Below are positions 1 through 12,337 of a stretch of DNA of 64,000 bases, piece after piece (the first letter of the stretch is position 1; every line of letters begins with the position of its first letter). The DNA comes from Moniliella sp. 'wahieum' (Eukaryota). Below the pieces are notes generated by a model, which ran no database searches, had not been told where the DNA came from, and saw nothing but the letters and a program-made list of their open reading frames with translations. Made by a program: the position numbers and the translations under genes. The stretch covers positions 310,001 through 374,000 of the forward strand of contig RSEE01000035.1 in the NCBI GenBank assembly GCA_003971905.1. The letters run 5' to 3'.

Positions 1-1757
1 TAGTGCCAGGCGCAAGAGGGCCTTCTTTGTCTCCCTCGCGAGAGGCAGCCAGAACCGGCCCAGTGGCAACGTGAGACGAAGCCGATTCGGACGGAGGCGT
101 GGTTCCCAGGGGTCTGCTCCCACTGGTCTCTCCCCATCCTGGGCGGACAAAATCGTCAGTTGACGGTCTCGCGATAGGTTGCGAGGCCGACCCAATTTCC
201 TCTTGCCTCGCACAGGCAAAGAGGAGGTCGAAAGGGTAGAATGTGTCTGCTTCCTTTCACCACGACGAGCTCGCTTGGCCGTTCGCCCAGTGCGAGGATG
301 TACACCCTTGTCTTCCGGACCAGAATCTGACGTCCCCGAGGGACCCGAGGTGGAAGTGGCTATGGCGGTCAGGCTGGGCCGAACCGGATCAGATGTACCC
401 CCTGCAGTCGACGCGCCAGCATTGTCAGATAGGCCCACAGCTGAGGGCGAAGGTCCCCTCCAGGATCCCGACTGATCACTGGGTAAGGAGAGTGGCTGCC
501 GGAAAGAAGGGGCTGAGGGCGGATATCCATAACGATTGAGACTTAGGCGCTGTAGGCCCAGTAATGGCTCTTCGTTGAGGGGAAGGCCATTCGCCACTGG
601 GGAGGGATGGCTCGACGGGGAGCCGGTATGTCGGGGAGAGAGGGAGAGGCGACCATGCTCGGTAGGGAAACAGACTGCTGAGATGGGAATGTAGGCATGG
701 TGCGACCCCGAGGAGCAACATCTTCTAGGGGGGGCAAACGCCGTCTTCGCTGGTCTTCCTCCATCGTTGGGTCGGGCAAAATATGAGCTAGTAGAGCGAG
801 ATTGTTGTCCCCCCAGCCCTTGCACAGGCCAACGCAGGGGGCGGCTCGGGTGGGATGTGGACTGGGTCCGACCAGTTAGAGAGTACTGTATCGGGTTGGA
901 GAGCCTTGGCCTGGCAGGCGGAGGGTAAACAGGCTGCGACAGCCTTCCTTCCGAGGAAAGGAGCTCCTGGCTGCTCGAAGGCCCTGAAATGAAACCAAGA
1001 TGGCGAGGCCCTCCTGAGATAAAGGGAGGAGGGGCGCTGTTGCTCTGTTCCCTGCGAGGAGGGTGCGCTGTGAAGGTGAATCTCCTGCTGGGCATTGGGA
1101 GGGGAGGGAAGGTGGTAGAAAAGGAGCTTGATGTGGGAAGGGCTGAAGTAGCTCCCCTACCAGAAGTGGAAGATGCGGGTCTGGGTGCATCCGGTACCGG
1201 CGATCGCGAGAACGATCGATGTGGGGATACATCTGGTGCATTGCGCGGCAGGGGGTCTGGCGTGGCGCGTCCAGCTGGGACAGGCGGAACCAGATGGGTG
1301 CGAGATGCCGGGCGCAGGAGCAAGTCAGACGAAGTACTGGGCAAGCTGTGGGCCGAAGCGTTTGAGCTCGAGAAACGGGCTGAACCGAGTTTGGGGCGCA
1401 CAGGAAGAGAGGAGGAGGAGGAGGAGCCACTGAGACGGGAGGGGCAAGAGTTCAGGGAGCTCAACGAGGTGAAGGAGGTGCGCTCGGAGCTTTGCGTGGA
1501 GCGAGTGCTGAGCGAAGCAACGGTCGGGTGAGGGCTTGGGGAGGTGTGTTGGGCGGGCGGAAAGGGGGCGGGGGAGGCGGAGGGACAAGAGGCGGGAGAG
1601 GAAGCGAGGAGAGCCTTGGGCTGGTGGCGCCCGGACTGGGGTTGGCACTGGGGCCGGCACTGGGGCCGGCATGGGGGCCGGGGCTGGGGCTGGAAAGGGG
1701 GCTGGGGATGGGGCTGGGGATGGGGCTGGGGATGGGGCTGGGGCTGGCGGGATCCAT
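1..1757 (-). CDS. Hypothetical Ser/Pro-rich low-complexity protein (5' part; runs off window start)
   Basis: ATG at about 1757 (MDPASPSPIPSPIPSP...). Coding-like Ser/Pro-rich frames continue towards position 1 with frameshifts. No recognisable domain. Confidence 0.45.
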
Positions 1758-3184
1758 GGCGCCACGCCGGCCGAGTTGCGAGGCCGAGGGAGGAGGCGAC
1801 GCGCAGGAGCCAGGAGCAGAAGGGGGCTGCCAGATGCCCGATGCGAGGCCACACGTCCCGGGGGCGGGCAGAAGCGCGAGAGCCAGGCGCGGACCAGCAA
1901 GCACTCAACTCTGCGCGCAGCGCCAGAGGTGGTGGCAGAACAGCAACGGCAGCGGTGGGTTTTGTTCCAGCATCGGAACCGGGCAGCGGCCCCGGGGGCG
2001 GTCAGCGCTGAGCCTCACCGATGAGGTCATCGGCCATTATGCATTGTTTGCCTGGATTTGGCTGATTCCATATTCCGACGCAACAGCAGCGCTGCTCGCT
2101 TCCGGCGGCTGCCCCAGCCTGCCCAGCACACACCAAAGCAGCCGGCGGGGCCGCGATGCAAGCCGGCTCTTCCCAGACCCTGCGGCGTCTGCTTCCCTGT
2201 GTGGGACCCAATTTCCAACCGCACCACACTGCCCCGCAGCCACGGACGTCATTAATCCCCGGACCGCTTACGTACGCATCTCCCCGACCCTTTTCGTGTG
2301 CTAGCACCGCACCGACCGCTGACCGCCCCCATCCCACGCCCAGCTCCCATCTCTCGGTGCTGGGACCCACATGCATGCGTTCGAAACCAGCATCGGCTAC
2401 AAGCAGCAGCAGGCAGCCGACATGTCGATGATGAACAGGAAGAGGGCATCACCATCACATCGGCACATGCCACATTTCACATGTCACCCCGTCACCGTGA
2501 CTTGTCACGCAACGCCCGCGTGCGGTTGTGCAACAGAGGCGGTTCGTTTAGAAGTTGCTGTAATCGTCAGGGTAATCTTCATGTTGATGCGATGTGGCTG
2601 GTGTGTGTGTTGCGCCAAAACACCAATAGCTACGGATGCAGGATGGCAAACACGCAGGGCCCGCATGCCCACTGCATTTTGGACTCGATCACTAATCATG
2701 CTCATATGGCGCTCGGCTTGGAATAATACTACTACCTTCTCCTGCATTCCTTTCGTCACTAGTCACTCGCTACGCCAAGAAAACCGGGGTGACATCATCA
2801 GTGTGGACAGTGAGATCATCGATCAAGAGGGTATATACTAGTGAAAACGATGAGGAAAAATCGACCGTGATGCATGATGCATCCTCTGGTATCGACGGAG
2901 TATAGTTCGGAGTAATAGAGTAGCCACTGCCGCATTGTGGCGCAAAAGCATTTTGGCTTTCTCCATCTTCAGAACACTCTCCCTATATGACACCTGGAAG
3001 GGTGGTGGATGTGTATCGAGATCTCGGTGTTGATCGTGGTTGAGTTTGGGTCTGTCCCGGGACCTCGGTCCCGTACGCTTATTATGGTTTAGGCCAGGGC
3101 CCTTCCTATCACTCTGTGGATCCCACCGGCCACCCTGCTTTATAATTGTGGTCACCACACCGAGAGCTTGATGAGAGTGCACAT

Positions 3185-5480
3185 ATCTCTATTCTGCATC
3201 CATACCATTGACAGAGCTTAAGGCTGGGACACAGGGGAGACGCTACGTCTAATCCGAACCGTTCATCTTGCGGGGGTTACTAGTGGAAGCGCCACCAAGG
3301 CTAAGGAACCAGGGGGATCGCCAGGATATCAGGACCCTCTGATTCTCGTCATCCGACCCCGTACCCTAGGTAGCGCGTGTGGACACGGATGAACGTAGTT
3401 GACATCCGAGCGAGGAACCATTTCCATTGAGACTCAGTAGCCAAATCCTCTTCCAATGCGCAAACATCTTGCCCGCTGTCTTATTGGTGCCGTAGTATCC
3501 TCGCGTCGTCAAAACCAGAGGGGAAAACGGCTCTTCATTGCGTCCCTGGTAGTACTTGGCGTTCTTGTCGCATTCTGCTTGTTCAAGCAGACGAAGCAGC
3601 TCCTTCTCCCGGCGTTCCAAGGGCGTCGCGGTGCTCTCGTACACCACTCTCCGGTACGCGTTGTGCGCCTCCTGCGTTCCCGTGTCGCGCAGCGTGTGGT
3701 CCACCTCCATTCCGGATCCTCTGATTGCTCCGGGCCCCATCACGCGGTAGTCGGTGCGCTGTGTCCTCTGTCTCCTCCCATCCTCTTCCTCCACCATAGG
3801 TTCGTTGCGGACGTGGGTGTCGGGGATGGAGCGTATGAGCTGGAGAATGGGCTCCCGCACTACCTCATACAACGCATTAAACTTGGCCTGGGAGCGGGCG
3901 CACACCATGTTGTGCTCCAGCGAGGACATGACGCCGCACTTGCATATGCTGCGCGTGGAGCGGCACAGCGTGCGGAGCTGTAGACCAACCTGAACCTGCT
4001 GGTCAGAGAGATTGAGGCACGGGACGAATGGAATGGCACAGAGGCAATTCTGGCTCAGCGGGTTGCTGTTCTCAACCCCATGGCGACCATCGGTAGGATC
4101 CAGCTGCTGGTGCAGCTCCTGTCGACTCCGCTCCCACATCGCCCGGCAGCGCTGGCATTGCTTCGTTAATGCGTTGGCCATATCCGTTTGTGGTCCCGAA
4201 CGGTCTGGTAATAAGAAAGCGGTTGACCTCGTTGGCCGCGGCACACAGGCATGGGGCGTAATATACGAGTAAAGCGGGCTGCGCCGCATCCTTTCATCCG
4301 GAGAGGCAGGCTCATGAGCATGTCGAAGTGGTCGTCCTTGGCACCTTGGGAGATCTCGTCGCCCCGGCATCCGTCTGAATTCCACATACAGATGAAGGCG
4401 TCGATCTCGGCCAGCATGTCGTCCAGCTCAACCCCATCTGCATAGTATGGAGAAGATGACGCAGCATGATCTGAGTACTGTACCGCCATAGTAAGAGGCG
4501 TCCCTGGGGGGTGATGCCCTCAAACTCGGGCATGTTCTCTCTCAGGACGGTTGGTCCCGGAGCCACGATCGACGACAGTCTAGCCCTCCCACACAAGTGC
4601 CCAGGGCGTGCAGCCCATCCTCCCAAATTTGGTCCCGGTCCCTTGCGCAGGTTGAGGGTGAGGCCTGACGCGTCGTCTTCCAAAATATCCGCGGCTAGGC
4701 CGGTAATACCTGGCTCTGGCCCGAAGAGAGGAATGTCTACCAGGAACGCAGCCATCACCAGGTGCACCAGCGGCAGATCCTTGTGCAACTTCTCCAGCGC
4801 GGGCCTCACTGCGATGGAGAAGAAAAGGGGGCGAGGGGGTCGCCCTGACAAACACCTTCTGCCGACAGAACCCGTGAATCATGTCCGCCCGAAGCAACCC
4901 AAAGATGGGTGGAGGAACCATAGATCCATCGAGCCAACGAGAGGGATGGCGGGCGAATACCATCGCCTGCTTCCGCGACCCGACGGTTGCGATAGCCGAA
5001 TGAATGGCGGGGATGGCGAAGTGGATGGCGGAGATGATCTGAGGGTGCGTGGGAGGGAGGAGCGCGGCGTTGGGGCGGGTGGGGAGGTAGGTGGGCGTGA
5101 GAAAGCCGCCCGGGATGCGGGGGTAGTGGGTGGACAGACACAGAAGCTGGACGGACGGCAGAGAGAGAGAGGGTCAGTGGAGGGCCGGGGGGTGGCAGAC
5201 GAGGCGCGGGAAGGCACAGGGGTAAGGGAGGCTGAGAATAGGGGGAAACGAGGCAACGGACCTTGGGGGCCGGGTAATGTCAGGCAGGTGGGAATGATCG
5301 TGGTAAGAAACCATAATGGGGGGGGGTTAGCGCGTTCCTGTGGCCAGGGGGTGTGAAAAGTCCTGCTGTTGCACAGACTGAGGTTGGGGGTAGAGGGTGT
5401 GTGGAAGGCTACGGCCCGGTGGTGGTCCTCCTTGTAAACGTGTGCCATCAATTGGTAATCTCTCCTCATCGACCTCATCC
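3185..5480 (-). mobile_element. Degenerate non-LTR retrotransposon, CRE/Cnl1-like (RT + restriction-like endonuclease)
   Basis: RT fragments WIYGSSTHL...EGVCQGDPLAP/FFSIAVRP...AAFLVDI (decayed YLDD-type motif) at about 4730-4930. C-terminal CKCG..H...C zinc knuckle followed by EP...RTD...KNAKY...FSPLVLTTRG (RLE-type) in ORF 3366-4385. The 3' UTR is shared with the copy at 54.0-55.1 kb. The 5' boundary is uncertain and may extend to about 6250. Confidence 0.8.
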
Positions 5481-6619
5481 TGTTTCCGCTAATGCATATG
5501 TTGTGGCTTGAGGTAGGGCTTCCTGTCCAACATTGCTTGACCCGGGTGGGGCTCCGAAAAAAGCGGGATGGAGGTGGTCGGTGGGGGGAAGGAGGAGCAT
5601 GAAGGGGTCAAAACGGGACCCTATATTTACTTGCTGAACGGCAGGATCTAGTCAGCCGTTAGTAGGGAGTCTTATGCCACCGTGCACCACCGTGCACCAC
5701 CCTGCACCACCGAGCGCAGGGTCCTCATTGAGCCCTATATAACCGATGCCCTAGCACCAAAAGCCCAATTTTGGATTAGTTTTTGCTCCCCCTTTTCCGT
5801 GTAGGGGCCGAAGCCAGGGCCGCTGAGGAATCCCTCCGTCTCCCACGTTCGAGGCCCATGGGGGACATCTTCCAACATTGGCGTACGGGTTGGGAGGGCC
5901 AGGCCTCAGTTGGAACGAATGTTGCACTAGGCGGCCAATAAAGTTGGGAAGGGGGTGGCTGGTGGTAGTAGCAGTATATAGTGGCTTCCACCTGCAGTTC
6001 AAAAACAAAAGGGCCCTGCGACTTGCGACTATTAGCCGAGGCGCGCGACACAGTACAGACGGGGTACGGGCGGGTGTGGCTCTTCGGTGTTGAGCATTCT
6101 GGGATGCGCATGTGTGCGGCGCACGACTCGCGGAAGCATATTAATTTGCAAACAGGGGCGAAAGGTCGACTGCTGAGTCTCAGCCTGGGCGTAGGTGTGA
6201 GGAGGGTGAGCGTGTGGATGGGTGCAAGCTTTGGTGCGTGCTGGGCAAGTTGGTAGCGCACAGCGGCGATCGAGAGAGGGCAGGCAGGTAGTCAGCCCAT
6301 CAATTGAAAAAGCTTGTCTCTCTTGGATCTTCTCTCGAAGTAACTCAAGTTCTGGGAGTCTCCCACTACCAATGTTGTGTTTTCAACGCCCCGTTTTGGA
6401 GCTTTTCTGACAGTGCTGACCACGCTCAGCGCCCCATGGCGGTGCCAGCAGTAACAGACGGTGCTGCTAGACCGTGGGAGGGACCCCCTAAGCATGCTAG
6501 GTGCCGACGAGCCATGTACAGGCAATTTCAACCTGTCGGAATGCGGTGGCAAAGCCCCGAAGCACGCGGACGGCTGGTCGCCCGGTCACAGATGCCGGAG
6601 GGTAGTGCTAGGGTCCCCG

Positions 6620-6892
6620 TAGTGCTAGGGTGTCCCTACACGGCCCTCAAGTTGTTCCGTGATGCTCACCTCGCCGGGCGGAAAAGTTCCGCTCGCACGC
6701 CGCCCACCCCTCCCTGCTCGTTCCATCTGCATCTCCCTCTACTCTATCTCCTGTCTCCTGTCTCCTTCCCTTGGGACGTTGCTGGAAGACTTGTGCCTCA
6801 CCACTTTGCCTTCACGCCGTTTATCCGAAGGCTGCTTTGCAGCTGGTCGGTCGATGGGATCGTCGAGTTCTCCCGAGTCGCACTCCAGCAAA
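6620..6892 (+). repeat. Orphan copy of the 5' terminal region of the Crypton-like element at 36.9 kb
   Basis: Collinear similarity with 36946-37192: gtgctaggg..cggccctcaa..gacgttgc(t/tg)gaagacttgtg(c/g)ctcaccactttgccttcacgcc..gaaggctgctttgcagctg..ctcccgagtcgcactc. Confidence 0.85.
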
Positions 6893-6917
6893 TGCGCTAG
6901 ACATGCGACGCAACAAT

Positions 6918-8050
6918 GAGCTTCAGGCTTCAGGCTTCGCCGGCCTCATCGGCTCACCGGTCAGCAGTCAGCGCTCAGCGGTCCCAGCACCGGTCACCGG
7001 TCACCAGGGCCGCAGTTACATTACATTACAGTGGATAGATATGTGTTCTGAATGGACGGAGCAGTTGCTGCGGTGGGCTGCGGGCCGCGGGCCGCAACAG
7101 TAGCCCGCAGCCGCAGCAGTATCTATGTAGAACCTGCTTCTTCGGCGAGCGGCGAGCTGGGCTCTCGAGCGCGCGCCCTGGAAGGGGTCCAGTCTGTGTC
7201 CCCGGCCAGATACCTGAATCCGGAATCGATGATCTTCGCCAGACCCACCCTCCCTTGTGTGTAGAAAGGGTGTGCCAGTGGCCATTCCAAAGCTAAAACG
7301 CAGTCCCTAGTTAGTAATGCGATGTTAATCATTGGCCAACGCCTTACATTTAGGACGTTTAGGCGTGCAGGACGTTCAGATCGGTCAATTGAACGTCCAC
7401 ACTTACGCCTCAGGTACTCAATAGCAGCCCGCAGCAACACACTCTGTGAGCATCTGAATCAGGTACTCCGTGTACTCACTGTCAATGCCATGCACCATGC
7501 ACGTGCACATGCATATCACACGTCGCTTTAAGCTTTTAGGCTCACACTCAGTCTCTGAGCGCTCAATTGAAGCTTGAAGCTAGCTTGAAGCTTGACCGGT
7601 GACCGGTGACCGGTCTGAAGGCTTGAGGCCTTTTCCTGTGGGTTACTCGGTAGACGACCAGAGAACTCAGGCAGCCGATGGCGTATATTCCACTGCACAT
7701 ATGAGCTACAGAGGCTAGAGAATATTCCTGCCCTCCAGGATAAACTATTGGAAGGAATGCACCGGAAGGATCCGGGCTTGGGCTACTAGCACTTCTATAC
7801 TAGTGTGGCGCCTGTAAACCCAACTCGGTGAGAGTAGCAGTGTGAATATTCAACACTCGACAGTGCACTCTCAGTACATTCAGCAGCACTCAATATGTTG
7901 ACCAAAAGGGTCTGAGGTCTGAGGCCTGAGGGCCAGCAGCAGACCAGCCACCTCCGAGATCACTCTGATATTCAAGCTTCAAGCTGCACAGTATATACTC
8001 TTCTTCAGTAACTCAGTACTCATTCAGTCCTCAGTCTGAGTACTCAGTAA
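6918..8050. repeat. Non-coding tract dense in (TNA-NNNN)n 7-bp-period arrays
   Basis: 6954 TCA-CCGG-TCA-GCAG-TCA-GCGC-TCA-GCGG; 7586 TGA-AGCT-TGA-CCGG-TGA-CCGG-TGA-CCGG; 7913 TGA-GGTC-TGA-GGCC-TGA; about 8013 TCA-GTAC-TCA. Confidence 0.8.
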
Positions 8051-9144
8051 CGGAGTTGGCAGTACTATAGGCAGTACTCGGTATCCTAGTGACTAGTAAC
8101 TGGTGTTAGCTAAGCGACTGATGTTCGCTTCATAAGCTTCATAGCATGGCAACGCTTTTAAGACAGAGGGACAAAGAAACGCTGCGCCTATTGCTCTACC
8201 GTCATGTCATCGCGGTTAAACAGAGGCTCTCGCACAAGTACATAAGTGTGCTCTCGTTGAACATTATAAAAACGTAGACATTTGCATTGATCGATGCAGA
8301 TCGTGCTCATTTCGATCATCGGAGTGGGCACTTTCTGGCATGCGGGGACAGTGATCGTAGTGGGCGTTGGGCGCTGGGCGGTGTGTCTAAGTACGAAGCA
8401 TGCAACGGCTGAAAACGGCTGCGGGGTGCTGCGTAATGCTGTTGTTCATACGTTGTCAGGTGAATAGTGTGAATCATCAAGCATTGTGCTGCATGTGCTG
8501 CCTGTGCCAGCCACGTGCAGGGACATTGCCCCATCGTATGTTGCCTACCATTGCCCCCACCTCCTAGTCCCTTGTTATACACACGTTCCCACACCGGCGT
8601 TCTTCTCCGTCTTGTCATTGACTGTCCAGCTAAAGTGGGGTAGTGCGTAGGTCGTAGCAGCGGCGTGGGATACAGAAGGGCTGCGCACTAATAGTAGGCT
8701 TCCCTGGCCCTGCCAAGTAAGAGGGACGACCATCTCACGCAGCACTGGGCGTCGGTGCCCCGCTGTCTCACCCCGTGAATTGCTGCGCACCTCCCCCGCC
8801 GTCGCCCCGACGCGCCTAATGATCCTGGTTTCCAGCAAACGTCCTAAGTGCAGTTATACAATGGCAGAGAGAAGACAGGAGCTGGGTGAACCCAGACTGA
8901 GGATCAGAAGAAAAGAAGGAAGGAGAAGAAAGGAGGGCGGCGGCACTAGGCCAGGGGATAGGGAACTGGTGTGGTGCCCGGATGAAAGAAGGTCAGGAGT
9001 GCCGCGGAGGTGGCTGGCCCATAGGACCCTGGTCAACACCGCGTGTCAAGGAGCACTCACCACTCAGGCCGCATTCTTAAACGCCCCTCTTCTCGCCACC
9101 ACCTCCCCCCAACCCAACACCCCCCCCCCCGCCCTCCAGGACAC

Positions 9145-11569
9145 ATGCACAGCCTTTCCACCCTGGTCCGCCTGGCCTTTGTTGCTGCCGCCGGGGCCCC
9201 CTCGCTCGGCCCTCGCCCACCCGCCTACCGATCCTGGCCGGGCCTTTCATCCCCGCTTCACCTTCGCCGTGGCTCGCAAACGACGCAGCCGTGCCCCTCA
9301 TGCCCGCGCCAGCACGGTGGCGTGAGTACAACTTCGAGATCACACAGAGTGGCTCGCCCCCGACGGTTTCTGGCGCCAGACGTTGCCATCAACGGCCAAA
9401 CCCCCGGCCCAACCATTGAGGCCACCGAGGGAGACACTGTGCGCATCAATGTCGTCAACAATGTCAACACCCAGAGTAGTGTCCATTTCCACGGAATTGT
9501 TCAAGTTGATCCCCAACAAGACGGCGTGCCCGGGATCACTCAGTGGCCCATCTTCCTTACGGGAACTACACGTATGAGTGGAAAGCGGTCCAGTCAGGGG
9601 CTTACTTTTACCACTCGCACAGCCGCGGCACGTACGTTTCCCCCCTTGTCCCTCCACCCAGCTGTATGATTACTCACCTTTTTCCCTTCTTCGCGCCATC
9701 TCAGGTACGTCGACGGCTTGCGTGGACCAATCGTCATCCACCCGCTTCTACCGCTGGAAGGCCTGGAACTCGATAGACAAGTCAGCGTAAACAGCATCGA
9801 GCAAGCCTTCAAGCAAGCCGTGCCTCTTTTGCTCCACGATTGGCGGCACGAGACGTTTGACAATGCCCTGATCCGTTACCGCGGAACCGGACAGGACCCG
9901 TACTGCTCCGACTCGATGCTCATCAACTCACAAGGACGTGTAGTTTGCCTGCCATCGGAGCAGCTCCAAGAGTACTCTGGCGTTCCGGCAGCATTTGGTA
10001 TCGTGGATTATGTCGACCCAACTGGGTGTGTCCCACCGGTGCTGAGCTTTGAAAACCGTTTGGAGAACATTAATGCACGCACCTGCCAACACAACCAGTG
10101 CCTTTGGCGTCTACCCCACATCCTCCTTTGGCAGTAACGATGGCGACTGGGCCGCCTTCCACCTGGTCAATGCCGGTGCCGAGTGGCAGTCGTGTTTCTC
10201 CATTGACGGTCATGATATGTGGGTCGTGGCGCGCGACGGTACCTTTGTTGAGCCGCAAAAAGTGCAAGTGGTGCAGCTGACGCTTGGTTCACGCTACACT
10301 GTCGTTGTGCCCACGTCCAATTCTACTGGCCAGTACCGCATGCGTCTTGCTGCCTGCGGCAACCTACCTCAAATCTCGTCCGGATATGCTGTGCTTGATG
10401 TGGACAAGGCTGGCTCAGGTGCTGGTTCATCTTCTTCGGTGGTGAGCTCGAGCAAGGCCTCTTCTGTTGGTTCTTCCAAATCACGCTCCGTCGCCTCGTC
10501 CTCCGTTCCGACTGCAAGCAAGGCAAGCAAGCGGCAAGAGGCTACACCGGAGCCGGCCGACATTTCGACCGTTACCCAGTATTCTTCCTCCTTTGCCAGC
10601 GAATATACTCTTCCCGCTGAGATTATTGGTTTCCCCGTTCCGTCCGTGCAGCCGTACATCCCCACTCCGTCGCAACAGGCCGACCTTCCACTGCAGAAGG
10701 CCAAATGGAGCAACGGCTTCCCCCAGCCCGACACGCCTGCTGGCAAGGCCCTGGGATGGAACGTGACCAACGACTTGCCTTCCACTGGTACCACCTGGCT
10801 CAACTACAACGGAACGCTACTCAATGGTGCTTTGATTCAGAACGAATCCGCACTGGCCCCGTTCACTGCGGAAGCTCCCCCCAGGGCAGGCCGACTACAC
10901 GTTCCATTTGCAGTTGAACATGACGAATGGGGTCACATGGTCTTTGGTTGGAACCAACAAGACGTTCAGCTCGCTCAACTTTCAAGGTTACCCATTTTGT
11001 TTGATAAAGCGTCGGATCGGGGCCAGGGTATGCCTACTGACACCATCTTCAACATGAAGAACAACTCGGTGGTTGACTTTATCTTCCAGGACGCGACTAC
11101 GCGCCTGGGTCCCAACCCTCCCCACCCACTTCACAAGCATAACGATCCCGTGTGGTACTTGGGCTCGGGTGCTGGCACATTGAATTACACCTCTGTCGAA
11201 GACATTCTTTCCACAACAGCTCTCTGCTCAACATGCAAAACCCAGAATTACTCGATTCATGGAGCGTGCCTTCCCTTGGATGGGCTATTGTTCGCCACCA
11301 TGTTCGTCGCCCTACCGTTTCTTTGCTCCACTGCCACATTGCCCAGCATCTCAGTGTCCCCGTGTCTCCCATGCCGTGAAACCTGCTCGTACCTCTGGAC
11401 CGCTACTAACCACATCCGTATTTGCACTAGGCGCTGCTATGGCTATTGTCCTGGTTGAAGCTCCGGAGCTATGAACCTGTCCGACATCTCCTCGACCAAC
11501 CTTAATGCTCCTCACATCACTCCGCCCTACGTTGCGGCCAATGGCCTGGTGGGGTTGAGTGAGCTGTGA
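9145..11569 (+). CDS. Secreted multicopper oxidase (laccase-like)
   Basis: Signal-like N-terminus (MHSLSTLVRLAFVAAAG). All four Cu-binding motifs are present: SVHFHG..DGVPGITQWPI, GAYFYHSH, HPLHKH and HCHIAQHL..AAM. GT-AG introns at about 9632-9704 and 11354-11430. Several frameshifts. Confidence 0.92.
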
Positions 11570-12337
11570 TATTGCCTATATATATATGGTGCGGCATCCG
11601 TCGAAAATTCTTGCCTTTTGGGGGGTTGCATGCTCTTTACCCCCCTACCTTCTTCTCTCTGCTCCGTTATTGTTATGCGACAATACAGCCAGAAGACGTT
11701 TCCCAGCTATGGTCTCGCTTTCTCTACTGTTCTCTCGATTTTCCCAGTACAATATGCCTACTGTCTCTGGCCTTTTGTCGTCCCCCCCTTTTTGCGCATA
11801 TATGCTTCATGCACCCCTACACAGTCTTGTTGCCAGGCACAAGGATGATGATCATCCCTGAGCCGACTTTTTCTCTTACTCTCACAATCTCTTTTTGAGT
11901 TGAGTCTACATATGCACAAAACACACCAGGCTCTTCACATTCTTTGCGGAGTTACCTTCTCGTGCAGGCATGAGAAGGGTGGGCTGCGGCCATCCGAACT
12001 GCCCATATATACTGGCTGTAACCACCACATCCTTGGTAGGTCACTGCAATGCAATGGGCGTTCTGGGGACACCTTCTTGCGGCATATAGACGCTGTGGCT
12101 TCAATTTGCTCCCACATGTATATCGTGTTTGCCCCTATGTATATCTCGGCGTAGGCTTCTGGTGCGTGCGGAGTCCTCGAGCGGAATGCGTCGTTCCGCC
12201 TGGGCAGGCGATTGAATATTGAGCGCTTGAGCGGTCACGCGGATCACGCGGATCACACCTGGGCGCGGGGCGGGCGGCAAGGGCCGGCTCCGCTTGGGTC
12301 CCCAGCGCTGCCAGCGCCACCATCTATCTCTCTCATC

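Noticed and set aside
2802..3159. Possible solo LTR (TGTGG...CCACA)
   Set aside because: The flanking 5-mers (ATCAG vs CCGAG) do not match and there is no second copy in the window.
5676..5712. TGCACCACCG 10-bp tandem repeat
   Set aside because: Three to four units only, with no further structure; probably simple slippage in TE-derived DNA.
5750..6260. Cys/His-containing ORF fragments as a separate gene
   Set aside because: Too fragmentary. They may be the zinc-finger 5' part of the CRE-like element but cannot be supported.
6954..7620. CRISPR array interpretation of the repeat-spacer pattern
   Set aside because: Repeats are 3 bp and spacers 4 bp, the DNA is eukaryotic, and there are no cas genes. 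The resemblance is only an analogy.
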